From IMG/VR virus record IMGVR_UViG_3300021082_000050, positions 1 through 45,478 of that record: a DNA stretch of 45,478 bases; one strand, given 5' to 3'. Numbering within the stretch: position 1 is the first letter of the stretch; each line of letters starts with the position of its first letter. Under the pieces are notes generated by a model, which saw only the letters and a program-made list of their open reading frames with translations, ran no database searches and had not been told where the DNA came from. A program made the position numbers and the translations under genes. Shown one piece after another: positions 27,480 through 36,437 of this stretch. Source of the DNA: a virus (taxonomy: Duplodnaviria > Caudoviricetes).

Positions 27480-27685
27480 CGGGGCTTCCCGAGACCGTCG
27501 AACCGGACAGCGTCTTTCGGTTCTCGCACGCATAGGCGACGGCCGGCGACAATGGCGTATTTCGTGCGTGCGGCTTTGCTTGTGTCGCCATCACGCACCC
27601 GCCGCCACCAGTAGAACCGCACGCCGCGCGACTGCCGCCAGCCAGCGACGAACGCGAGCTGGGCCTCAATTGCCTGTGCTGCCAT
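27476..27685 (-). CDS. Hypothetical protein
   Basis: GGGGAG RBS. ATGA-coupled. Confidence 0.5.
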   Translation of the reverse strand: MAAQAIEAQLAFVAGWRQSRGVRFYWWRRVRDGDTSKAARTKYAIVAGRRLCVREPKDAVRFDGLGKPR

Positions 27686-27733
27686 CGTATCAACTCCCCA
27701 TGCTTTCGGTTTCGAGACGCGCGCCCTCGACGG

Positions 27734-27955
27734 TTATCCGAATGGATCGGTGGCGCGGATTGCTTCGCAGCGCAATTCGAATCCGCTGCGGTTCTCCGGC
27801 TTCGGCAACAGGAATCCTGACCGGAACCCCGGCTTGCCGTATTCGCTGAATTTCTCCAAGCCGATTTCGAACCGGCCGTCAAGCCGGCGCGCCACCACGA
27901 TCGCGTGGCGCACCGCGGCCTTGTATTCTGTCTCGGGAAACCATTTTGCCGTCAT
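27734..27955 (-). CDS. Hypothetical protein
   Basis: GGAGGG RBS. Operon context. Confidence 0.55.
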   Translation of the reverse strand: MTAKWFPETEYKAAVRHAIVVARRLDGRFEIGLEKFSEYGKPGFRSGFLLPKPENRSGFELRCEAIRATDPFG

Positions 27956-27958
27956 GGC

Positions 27959-28636
27959 TCAGCCCTCCGCCACATTGCTAGCCTTGCGCTTGGCTCCGCC
28001 ATGCGCGGGAAAGCCTACGATCACCTTGCGGTCGCGTACCTGACACAGGCCGCATGATTTGCAGGTGACATCGTCGCGGTAGGTCGCGGGGCAGACGACG
28101 ACCCGCCGGCCTTCCGGCGTCTCAAGCTTGACGTTGCCGCTCACGCTGGCCGGCAGCACCACCGCCACCGGCAATCCGGTTGCCGCCAGTTCGTCGGCAT
28201 GCCGCAGGTTGTTCGCCGACAGGTTGACGGTAAAGCCGCCGGCATTTGCCGCCGCGATAGCCGCGAGGTTACCGGTGTATGTCACCGGCTTGTGGGTATA
28301 GGTAAAGCCGAGCTTGCCGTGGTTTGCCTCAACCAGCTGTGCCAGTGCGACCGCATCGATGGCATCACCCTCGCCCGGCAGGTCGCCGGCCTGGTTGTGG
28401 CGCCACAGCGTGCCCGTCGCGATCATGCTTACCTGCCCGACAAAGGACGACCACGAGCCGCCGCGGCGTCCGTCCGTCACCTCATCCCAGCGACCCTTGA
28501 GCGGGTAGCCGTCGGCAAAGCAGCCGTTGCCCTTGAGCGGGCAGGCATCGGAACAAGTCTCGGCGCCAGAGGTCGACACCGGCATGCGCCCGGTTTTGCC
28601 GTTTCGGCTATCCGGCTGAAGATGGAACGCCATCAT
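27959..28636 (-). CDS. Cys-rich putative Fe-S/metal protein (radical-SAM-like, phage Gp88-like)
   Basis: 'TCSDACPLKGNGCFA', 'WRHNQAGDL', 'FTYTHK', 'VNLSAN', 'VVCPA...TCKSCGLC...VGFPAHG'. Confidence 0.6.
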   Translation of the reverse strand: MMAFHLQPDSRNGKTGRMPVSTSGAETCSDACPLKGNGCFADGYPLKGRWDEVTDGRRGGSWSSFVGQVSMIATGTLWRHNQAGDLPGEGDAIDAVALAQLVEANHGKLGFTYTHKPVTYTGNLAAIAAANAGGFTVNLSANNLRHADELAATGLPVAVVLPASVSGNVKLETPEGRRVVVCPATYRDDVTCKSCGLCQVRDRKVIVGFPAHGGAKRKASNVAEG

Positions 28637-28869
28637 GCGTCCCCCTGCAGCACGGCCAGAACGGCGCGAAGATTGGCGCCCGGCGGGATGGTGTTGTTGT
28701 CCTTTGCCAGCATGGCATCCGCCCGGCTGATACGCTCCGCCATCACAGCGGCCTTCGCGCGTTTGATGCGCAGCCGGCTGTCGCCGCTGCCGATAACAAG
28801 GCTGTTCGCCATAGCCTCGCGGGCCAGTCGGGGCAGCTTGTCGTAATCGTCGATTGTCAGTGTGAGCAT
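28633..28869 (-). CDS. Hypothetical protein
   Basis: ATGA-coupled to the downstream gene. Confidence 0.55.
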   Translation of the reverse strand: MLTLTIDDYDKLPRLAREAMANSLVIGSGDSRLRIKRAKAAVMAERISRADAMLAKDNNTIPPGANLRAVLAVLQGDA

Positions 28870-28948
28870 GTTTGCATCCCCATGAATGCTGTTTGGTCTC
28901 GTCAGGCACCGCCTTACGGTGCGAGGGGAGGAGCTCCCCTTTCGACCT

Positions 28949-29152
28949 TTAAAGGATGTTGCCGATCAGGGCCGGGTCGATCTTGACCTGCCGGCCGAGC
29001 GCGTCGACGAAAACGACCAATCGGCCGTTGCGCATGACGCGGTCAACGGTGCCGTACCGTGCTCCCCTCATCCACAAGTCAGTCGCGGGATGCAGTTGGA
29101 CCCGATCGCCAGGCCGGAAGTCGTTTGCTTCGTATGTCATCATTGCCGTCAT
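28949..29152 (-). CDS. Small SH3/KOW-like protein
   Basis: 'FRPGDRVQLHPATDLWMRGARYGTV'. Confidence 0.6.
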   Translation of the reverse strand: MTAMMTYEANDFRPGDRVQLHPATDLWMRGARYGTVDRVMRNGRLVVFVDALGRQVKIDPALIGNIL

Positions 29153-29230
29153 TCCCCATGTCGTGCCCCATCGGCAGACACAAGGTAGCCGATGACATAT
29201 TTCTCGCGCAAGCGGAGAATGCAGCAGCCG

Positions 29231-29827
29231 CTACTTTTTTTTCGGCACCGGTTTTTCGCCCGGTTTTTCACCCATGTCGTCCGCCACGCGCAGCTGTTCC
29301 AAGAGCTTGCCGACAGTGTCGTCCCGCCGTCGCCGGAACGCTTCTTCCATCACCTTCGCGCCAAGCCGACACATCCATCCCGCAGTATCGGATGCCAGCC
29401 TTTCCATCTTGGGATCCATCATCACGTCTGGACCCATCATCTGTGCGTGTCGGAGATAGCGGGCACAGATATGCCGCCCGACAGCCAAGCCGTCGAGCAT
29501 GCCGTCCAGCAGCACCTGCCCCGCGGCGTCCTCGCGCGGCACCGCCTCGAGGACGGTGATGGCACCGGTTGCGATCTCGAGCGCCTTTTCTGTCATGCTC
29601 AACACCTTGCCGTGGCCCGGAGTGCGGCCACCATACCACGGCAACCGCATAGCCTTCCGCAGCTGCTGTAGCAGCAGCACCTTGATCCGCATCGGGCCAA
29701 TGCGCCTGACGTGATTGCCAGGCCATAGGCGTCCGCCGTGATAGTGGCACCGGCGCCGGCCCGGTATTCGTGGCTGAGGGCAGGGCAGGCCAGCGCGGTT
29801 GCGAGCGCCGCATCTGAGTAATGCCAT
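29231..29827 (-). CDS. HGGxSTG-type zinc domain protein (possible terminase small subunit)
   Basis: 'RCGARNRAGLPCPQP..PGRRRCHYHGG' followed by a helical region. Confidence 0.65.
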   Translation of the reverse strand: MALLRCGARNRAGLPCPQPRIPGRRRCHYHGGRLWPGNHVRRIGPMRIKVLLLQQLRKAMRLPWYGGRTPGHGKVLSMTEKALEIATGAITVLEAVPREDAAGQVLLDGMLDGLAVGRHICARYLRHAQMMGPDVMMDPKMERLASDTAGWMCRLGAKVMEEAFRRRRDDTVGKLLEQLRVADDMGEKPGEKPVPKKK

Positions 29828-30509
29828 GGGCAGATTTGCGGTATTCTGCTACCTCACGAGGTTGCTAACCATCTGATATCGCTGGCGTTTTCCGAGGCCT
29901 CGACGATGCCGGCCAGAGGCTCCCTGCTGCCCGGTTTGGGGAAAATTCGGGCCGGCGGAGAGGGAGCTGGGAAAATTAGAGCACCCTCGCAAACTGCGGC
30001 TGATTTTTCGGAACCCGGATTTTCCAACTCCCGGCTGCAGTTCCGGTGAACCCACACCGTGGCCACCTCCCAGTCGCGCGCCGGATGGCACCAGCAATCT
30101 GGGCTAGGCTCGTGGTCGAGGTCCGGCATAGGGGTGTACATCCTTCCTCGGTTGCGGGGCGCCCTGGCTCCCCGGCAGCGCCGTCCGGGCACTTCTTCCC
30201 GGATACGGCTCTGCGCTGTCCTCGGCCCCGGCGCATGGAGAGCATACTTAACCGGCCGATGTTAGCGGTGGAAGCGTTGATGTTCGCGTCCGCTCACGCG
30301 GAATTAAGAGGGACTTCTGCCCCTTAAGGCCCTGACGCCCTCCGCCGGCTGGGGGGGTCCGGTCCCTCAGCGCACCCGCCCGTGTCGTGGGCCTACGGTC
30401 CGGTGGTCCGGACGCAATTCTACTGTCTGCGATATGCCGCCCGTCAAACGCTGTGTTTCGCCTCCGCGTTCCCCGTAGGATGGGGTCAGGCGCGGAGGGT
30501 TCCGGCGCC

Positions 30510-30899
30510 CTACGAGGTCGGTTTGTTTCTATTTGGCTGACCGCTTCGCCGCGGCCGGCGCATCCTGCCCCCCCCCTCGTCGTGGACGGGGGTTGTGGCG
30601 CCTTCAGTGCCTGTGATGGAAAACGACAAGGTCCTCCGACCGCGCCTGACAACGGCCGCGCCGCTGCTGGCGATGGCTTTGCGAACCTTGGATATGTCGG
30701 GGGCCGATGCGCTCCGGGTGGGCAGCCGCGCGATTCCTGCCGCGAGAAACGCGGCAATCGCACTCTCCTCGGCTGCCCGGTCGATCCGGGGCGCCGCCGA
30801 TCTCTTGCTAAAGACCTCGATCATCCGAGAGCCGGCCAGCTCGCCCCTGCTTGGGCGGTAATACGGCTCCGGCGGCTTTCTCACGACGGCCGCCACCAT
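30510..30899 (-). CDS. Hypothetical protein
   Basis: Overlaps the upstream ORF. 'AIAAFLAAGIARLP' segment. Confidence 0.4.
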   Translation of the reverse strand: MVAAVVRKPPEPYYRPSRGELAGSRMIEVFSKRSAAPRIDRAAEESAIAAFLAAGIARLPTRSASAPDISKVRKAIASSGAAVVRRGRRTLSFSITGTEGATTPVHDEGGGRMRRPRRSGQPNRNKPTS

Positions 30900-31120
30900 T
30901 TTACCGAGAGGCCGACGCCGCCTAGTTCGTAGGTCAACTCGCCGGCCTCGGGGCTATCGGGGTCGAGGCGCCTGGACCACGCCCCGGGTTGCCGGCCGTG
31001 CCGCTTGAAGCCCTCTCTCAGGAAGGCGTGCTTCAGCTCGTCCGGGGCGTCGAACACAACCATGAACGGCTGGCCCGAGGCCGCGTCTTGCTTTTCCGGG
31101 GATGATGGGCTATCTGTCAT
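30881..31120 (-). CDS. Hypothetical protein
   Basis: GGAAACC before ATG. N-terminus MTDSPSSPEKQ is homologous to the helicase N-terminus. Confidence 0.5.
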   Translation of the reverse strand: MTDSPSSPEKQDAASGQPFMVVFDAPDELKHAFLREGFKRHGRQPGAWSRRLDPDSPEAGELTYELGGVGLSVKWWRPS

Positions 31121-31204
31121 GTGAGGTTTCCGGGAGGCGCTGACCACGCCGTTTGACCGGATGAGAGCTTAGACCCGGTTTCCAGGGCGGGTCAAGTCCC
31201 TCGG

Positions 31205-31236
31205 AAAACCCCCGGACCCCATGCCGGGGGTTTTTT
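31205..31236. terminator. Bidirectional intrinsic terminator-like hairpin
   Basis: AAAACCCCCGG-ACCCCATG-CCGGGGGTTTTTT just past the helicase stop. Confidence 0.7.
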
Positions 31237-31249
31237 CTCGGCCCCCCCC

Positions 31250-32713
31250 TCATGCCCGCCGCCTCGCCCAGGCGATCTGCCTGGACTTGATCCAGCGCCG
31301 CACCGCTGCCGGCGGGTCGACTTCGTCCGAGGCGAAGGCCGGCCAGGTGCCGACCGCTTCCTTGTATTTGTGCGCCGCCCAGCCGGATTTGTAGCCGCGC
31401 TCGGCGGCGTAGCCGCGTAGCGCCGCGGCGAACAGCGGCAGCCCGATCTCCTCGCCGGATATCTCGATGACGCCCTGCCGGCCGCGCCGCACTCCCGCCC
31501 CCGGCTGCAATTCCACCAGTTCCGCGGCCTTGTCGTGCGGGGTCGCGTGCTTCTTGCGCAGTTCCCCCTCACTCTCCTCCCACTCCGGCGCGCTCCCCGC
31601 CGCCGGCTTCTTTTTGCCGTCGTCCAGTTCGTCATGCAGGATGTCGGTGACAAACCCGAGCCGCAGCGTCGTGTCGGAGTGGTCCAGGATCAGGCAGTCC
31701 GCCTTGCCGGTTGCAATTCGCAGACCCCGGCCGATGATCTGCACGTAGAGCATCTCGGACCGGGTCGGCCGCACCAGGCTGATGCAGCGCACGTCCCAGT
31801 CGACCCCGGTGGTCAGGGTGCCGACATTACACACCACCGGGTACTCGCCCGAATGAAACCGCCGCTTGATGCGCTCCCTCTCCGAGGCCGGCGTCAGGGC
31901 GTCCTGGTAGCCGGCGTTGATTTCGGCGTCGCGGAAAGCCTGTTGCAGGGCCTGCGCGTGGGCGCAGTCGACCCCGAAGACCAGCGTCGGCCGCCCCGCG
32001 CCCAGTCTCTGCCAGGTCGCCACGACATCGCCGTTGAGGGGCGAGGTGTTCATTGCGTCGGACAACTGCCCCTCGTGATAGTCGCCGCCGACGATCCTGA
32101 CCCCGGTGAGGTCGGGGTGACCGGCGGCGAAGACCCGGAACGGCGAGAGATACCCCCGCTCGATCAATTCCGCCGTGGTGGCGGAGACGATGAGGTCGTC
32201 GTAGTGCTTCCCCAGCCCCTTTGTCCAGGGGGTCGCCGAGAGACCGACAAACGGCTTCTTTTGCCAGTCCGGGTGCGCCATCCAGTCGAAATAGTGCTGG
32301 TGCGCCCGGTGGCACTCGTCGACGATCACGAGGTCGGCTTCCGGGTGCGGCCGCCGCGCCAGCGTCTGGGCGCTGGCGACCTGCACCGGCTTCGACCAGT
32401 CGGTCATCCAGTGATCGGCCTGGATGACCCCGATATCCTCGATACCGTCCGCCCGGAACGACTGGACGGTCTGCTCGATCAGGTCGATGGCGGGGACGCA
32501 GAACACCACCCTCTTCTTGCGGGCCAGCGCGCCCAGCACGATGTGGCTGGCGAGCACGGTCTTGCCGTATCCGGTGGGGGCCTGCAACACCGGGCGCCGC
32601 TTGCCGGCGCGCAGCGAGGCGCGCAGCATCTCGATCGCCTCGGCCTGATAGTCCCGCAGGGGCCGGGGCCGAGGGCGCTCTTGATTTTCCGGGGAGGAGG
32701 CTGTATCTGTCAT
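31250..32713 (-). CDS. SF2 DEAD/DEAH-box helicase
   Basis: 'LRDYQ', 'APTGYGKT', 'DECH', 'GLSATP', 'LTTGVD', 'YVQIIGRGLR', 'ILDH'. Confidence 0.92.
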   Translation of the reverse strand: MTDTASSPENQERPRPRPLRDYQAEAIEMLRASLRAGKRRPVLQAPTGYGKTVLASHIVLGALARKKRVVFCVPAIDLIEQTVQSFRADGIEDIGVIQADHWMTDWSKPVQVASAQTLARRPHPEADLVIVDECHRAHQHYFDWMAHPDWQKKPFVGLSATPWTKGLGKHYDDLIVSATTAELIERGYLSPFRVFAAGHPDLTGVRIVGGDYHEGQLSDAMNTSPLNGDVVATWQRLGAGRPTLVFGVDCAHAQALQQAFRDAEINAGYQDALTPASERERIKRRFHSGEYPVVCNVGTLTTGVDWDVRCISLVRPTRSEMLYVQIIGRGLRIATGKADCLILDHSDTTLRLGFVTDILHDELDDGKKKPAAGSAPEWEESEGELRKKHATPHDKAAELVELQPGAGVRRGRQGVIEISGEEIGLPLFAAALRGYAAERGYKSGWAAHKYKEAVGTWPAFASDEVDPPAAVRRWIKSRQIAWARRRA

Positions 32714-32768
32714 CGCGCTCTCTGTCGCAGGAGGCATCCTTGGCCAGGTTCATCCCCCGGTCAAGCGG

Positions 32769-32798
32769 AAAAGGCCCAGACCCCATGCTGGGCCTTTT
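32769..32798. terminator. Hairpin / bidirectional terminator-like
   Basis: AAAAGGCCCAG-ACCCCATG-CTGGGCCTTTT. Confidence 0.6.
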
Positions 32799-32877
32799 CT
32801 ATTTCCTCACTTCACGCTTGTTTCGGCGGCAAATCCCCGCTAGGTTTTCCCAGACTGTAAAAACCTGGGGGAAAGTC

Positions 32878-33102
32878 GTGAGCCATCGCATCGAGATTAT
32901 TTTTGTCGGCAACGCGCCGGCCGACGAGTTGGAGCGGGCGCGGATTCTGGCGAACGCCGGGGTGACCGAGGCGATGGCCGATCTGTCGCGCGCCCTGGAG
33001 GCCGCCGGCTTCGCGCACGAGGTCGGCGCCAAGACGGTGCGGACAGGTGAGCGCCAGGGCAGGCCGAGCCGCCCGGTTGCCGCCCCCATCGCGGCGGAAT
33101 AG
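32878..33102 (+). CDS. Hypothetical protein
   Basis: GGGGGA RBS then GTG. 3' part of ORF 32740..33102. Confidence 0.5.
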   Translation: MSHRIEIIFVGNAPADELERARILANAGVTEAMADLSRALEAAGFAHEVGAKTVRTGERQGRPSRPVAAPIAAE

Positions 33103-33129
33103 CCCGCTCCCTCGCGCGCGCGCGCGCGT

Positions 33130-33471
33130 GTGTATATAGATGCACCCCTTCCTGGCCCTGATACTGACCCTCTTCCTGGCCGCCTGCTCGCAGCAGCAGA
33201 TCGAGGTGATGCAGAAGGTCTCGGTCGTGCCGGTGTGCCGGTGAGCGGCGGCCCGGGCGAGGACCGCCAGCCGCCCTGGCCCATCTGGGTTGCCCGGCAC
33301 TTCCACGCCGGCCCCGAGGACGAGCCGGACCTGGACGCCAACTGCGACCCCTCGTCGTCCTGGGGCGAGGAGGACGACGGCGAGCCGACCTCCTTCGACG
33401 AGATGTCTACGCGGGTCGGTTGGGATGATCCCGCCTTCGAGCCGGAAGACGACGACGAGGAGGAGTGCTGA
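33130..33471 (+). CDS. Acidic low-complexity hypothetical protein
   Basis: D/E/P-rich. TGATG-coupled to the next gene. Start is uncertain. Confidence 0.35.
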   Translation: MYIDAPLPGPDTDPLPGRLLAAADRGDAEGLGRAGVPVSGGPGEDRQPPWPIWVARHFHAGPEDEPDLDANCDPSSSWGEEDDGEPTSFDEMSTRVGWDDPAFEPEDDDEEEC

Positions 33472-33719
33472 TGCGCTCCGCCGCCATCCTCGAGTTTGAG
33501 GCGGCCCGCGACCGGGGCGAGATCCCCGATAGGGGCTCCTGCCGCAGCCTGACCCTTGCCGAGTGGGCCAGCGTGCAGGCCGCATGCAAGCTGGTGGCGC
33601 GCGACTTCTACCAATTGTCGGCCGGTTCCGGCTGGCGCAACCGCGGGGCCCGCCGGACGGCCGCCGCCTGCGCCGCCGATCTCTCGCGCATCCTGGGCAA
33701 GCTGGACCGGCAGTCGTGA
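33471..33719 (+). CDS. Hypothetical protein
   Basis: GGAGGAG RBS. Coupled to neighbours. Confidence 0.45.
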   Translation: MRSAAILEFEAARDRGEIPDRGSCRSLTLAEWASVQAACKLVARDFYQLSAGSGWRNRGARRTAAACAADLSRILGKLDRQS

Positions 33720-33892
33720 GCGAGGGCGATTACGAAGTCGAGGTGGTGGATTGCCCTGAGTGTGGGGCGGCGATAGAGACGCGGTGGGACAAGAGCGGGC
33801 GGGGTCTTCTGCCCGGCAACTACCTGTTGATTGCGGATTGGGTGTTCCACCCGGAGTGCTGGGACCGCCTAGTCGAGCGCAACCCGCCGTGA
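33716..33892 (+). CDS. Small zinc-ribbon protein
   Basis: 'CPECG...FHPEC'. GTGA overlaps at both ends. Confidence 0.55.
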   Translation: MSEGDYEVEVVDCPECGAAIETRWDKSGRGLLPGNYLLIADWVFHPECWDRLVERNPP

Positions 33893-35985
33893 GCGACGAG
33901 GGCCGCCTCGCTCAGATCGAGGCGACGATCCAGGCCATCGCTGCCAACAAATGGTCGGCGCACCAGCATATTTTCCGCCACCGCCACCAGTTGAACGGGC
34001 GCGATGTGCCCTCGGCCCCGTTCCACCGCGAGATGGTGGCGGACTTCTGGTCGTCCGATCAGTACTCGATCCTGCTGGCCTTTCGCGGATCCGCCAAATC
34101 GACGCTGGGCGAGGAGGACATCGCGCTGGCGGTGGCGATGCGCGCCTTCCGCAACATCCTGATCATCGGCTCGTCCGAGGCGCGCGGCGCCGAGCGGCTG
34201 GCCAGCATCTCCTACGAACTGACGCAGAACGACTTCATCATCGACCATTTCGGGGTGCAGAAGGGGTCCGGCGCCTGGACCCAGACCAAGCTGGTGACGG
34301 CCTTCAACTGCTGCATCCAGGCGATGGGGCGGGACCAGGACATCCGCGGGATCAAGTTCCTCGACTACCGCCCGGACCTCGTGTTCGTTGACGACTTCGA
34401 GGACAAGGACAACGTGCAGACCCCGGAGGGCCGGGCCAAGACCCTGCGCTGGTTCCTCGCCGAACTGCTGCCGGCCTGCGCGCCGCACTGCAAGGTGCGG
34501 ATCAGGGCGACGCCGATGAACGCCGAGTCGGTGCCGATGCAGCTCTGGCGCGACTCGCGCTGGCCGACCAAGGTCTTCCCGATCGAGTACTTGGACGACG
34601 ACCGCCGCCGCGTCGCCTCCTGGCCGGAAGCCTACAGCCTCAAGTGGATCGACGACCGCCGCCACATCTACGAGAGCGTCGGTGAGTTGGGGGCGTGGGA
34701 GCGCGAGTATATGTGCCGCGCCGTCTCCGACGCCGACCAGGTGTTCAAAAAGGAGATGCTGCGGGTCGTCCCGCGCGTCAAAACCTACGAAGCCTGTTAC
34801 GCCATGATCGACCCGGCCCGGACCGTGGCGCAACGCAGCGCCACCACCGGCTGGGCCGTCTGGTCGTGGGTCCGCAACCGGCTTGTGGTATGGGGTGCCG
34901 ATGCCAGCCTCCTTCTCCCCGACGAAATCGTTGCCCTTGCCTTCGACATATCCGAACGCTTCGATCCGGTGTGGCTTGGCGTGGAGCTTGACGGCCTTGA
35001 ACAATTTCTATTGCAGCCGCTGCGGCACGAAATGGCTCGAAGGGGGTCTTATCTGCCCGTTAGAGGCGTCCGCGCTCCGCGCGGCAAGCTCGACTTCATC
35101 CGCGCCCTCCAGCACTTCTTCGCCGCCCGAGAAGTAGAGTTCGCCCAGGAACTCCCGGCGCTGACCGAGCAGCTTCTCAACTTCCCCACCGGCCGCATCG
35201 ACGCGCCGAACGCCTTGGCCTACGCGCTCCAGATGCGACCCGGCCTGCCGATCTACGAGACCTTTAACCCGGAGCACATTTCGGAAGACCCGGAATACCG
35301 GCGCGACCGGCCCTTGTTCCTGGTGGCGAACGCGACCCAGGCGATGCTGGCGGCGGCGCTGGTGCAGGCCGCCGAGGGGCGGCTGGTGGTGATCCGGGAC
35401 TGGGTGATGGAGGGCGGCCCGGCCGAGCTGGTGCCTATCATATATAGTGAGGCGATGCTGGCGGCCGGCGGCGAGCGCGAGCACCTGGTGCAGGACCGCT
35501 CGCGCTCGTGGGAGAAGGTGCTGAACGGCGCGGCGCCCGACCGTATCGTGATCCGGCCCGAGCCGCCGCAATGGGTGATCCCGCCGCACCACGCCGAGAG
35601 GTATACCAATGTGGGCCTTCATCAGGCGGTTCGTGCGGTCCCGGCGCAGGTACGCTACGGCGGTGCGGAGGCCCAGGGACGCCTATGTCTGCATGACATG
35701 CTTGGCCGAGTGGCCCGGGGTCTGCCCGCTGTCGAAGTCGGACTTCATGCCCGTTGGACTCTGCGTGCCCTCTCGGGTGGTTATACCCGGGCCCTCATTC
35801 GGGGGCGGCTCCAGGACTACCCCGAGGAAGGCCCCTACCGCCTCCTCATGGAGGGCCTGGAGAGCTTCGCGGCCCTTCTGAAGGCCGGGCTTGCCGAAAA
35901 CAGCGGGTTTGCCGATGATGCGCAACCCGTAGCCTACGACAGATCGGGCCGGGCCTTCCGCTCGGCGATGCCCCAAAGGGGCTGA
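33889..35985 (+). CDS. terL: Terminase large subunit
   Basis: Walker A 'AFRGSAKST', Walker B 'VFVDDFED', 'RATP', nuclease 'MIDPA' and 'FPTGRIDAPNALAY'. Upstream of portal. Confidence 0.9.
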   Translation: MSDEGRLAQIEATIQAIAANKWSAHQHIFRHRHQLNGRDVPSAPFHREMVADFWSSDQYSILLAFRGSAKSTLGEEDIALAVAMRAFRNILIIGSSEARGAERLASISYELTQNDFIIDHFGVQKGSGAWTQTKLVTAFNCCIQAMGRDQDIRGIKFLDYRPDLVFVDDFEDKDNVQTPEGRAKTLRWFLAELLPACAPHCKVRIRATPMNAESVPMQLWRDSRWPTKVFPIEYLDDDRRRVASWPEAYSLKWIDDRRHIYESVGELGAWEREYMCRAVSDADQVFKKEMLRVVPRVKTYEACYAMIDPARTVAQRSATTGWAVWSWVRNRLVVWGADASLLLPDEIVALAFDISERFDPVWLGVELDGLEQFLLQPLRHEMARRGSYLPVRGVRAPRGKLDFIRALQHFFAAREVEFAQELPALTEQLLNFPTGRIDAPNALAYALQMRPGLPIYETFNPEHISEDPEYRRDRPLFLVANATQAMLAAALVQAAEGRLVVIRDWVMEGGPAELVPIIYSEAMLAAGGEREHLVQDRSRSWEKVLNGAAPDRIVIRPEPPQWVIPPHHAERYTNVGLHQAVRAVPAQVRYGGAEAQGRLCLHDMLGRVARGLPAVEVGLHARWTLRALSGGYTRALIRGRLQDYPEEGPYRLLMEGLESFAALLKAGLAENSGFADDAQPVAYDRSGRAFRSAMPQRG

Positions 35986-36002
35986 ACAACCGGGGGCTGA
36001 AG

Positions 36003-36434
36003 ATGGCGAGATCCAAAGACGATTCCTATGGCGAGTACCGCCGCCATGACGCCGACGCGGCTGCCCCGGCGGTCGTGGAGCCGGCCCCCGAGACTGTCCC
36101 GACCCCAGAGGGTCCTCAGTCCCTGCCGGAGGGCGAGGCCGCGCGGCTGAACGAGTTGCGGGCCACTCACCAGGCCGGCGGCGAGCCGCTTACCGATGCC
36201 GAGAAGGCGGAGATGGACGCGCTCGGGCTGAAGGAGGCGGAGCTTGCCGGGCATGTCGTCAACCAGACCCCGGAGGCTGACTGGACGCGCGACTCTGACG
36301 GCATGATGCGGGTCGATGCCGAGATCGTCGGCATCCTCGATGCCATCGTCGCGACGGTGCCCTCCCTGGCCTCCCTCGCCCCGCGCCTCGCCCGGCTGAC
36401 CGCCCGCATGCGCGAGATGAGCGCGGCAAAATAG
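36003..36434 (+). CDS. Hypothetical protein
   Basis: Between terL and portal. Confidence 0.6.
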   Translation: MARSKDDSYGEYRRHDADAAAPAVVEPAPETVPTPEGPQSLPEGEAARLNELRATHQAGGEPLTDAEKAEMDALGLKEAELAGHVVNQTPEADWTRDSDGMMRVDAEIVGILDAIVATVPSLASLAPRLARLTARMREMSAAK

Positions 36435-36437
36435 ACC

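Noticed and set aside
29854-30192. ORF with 'HEPSPDCWCHP' motif
   Set aside because: Possibly a real small gene, but the start and extent could not be supported.
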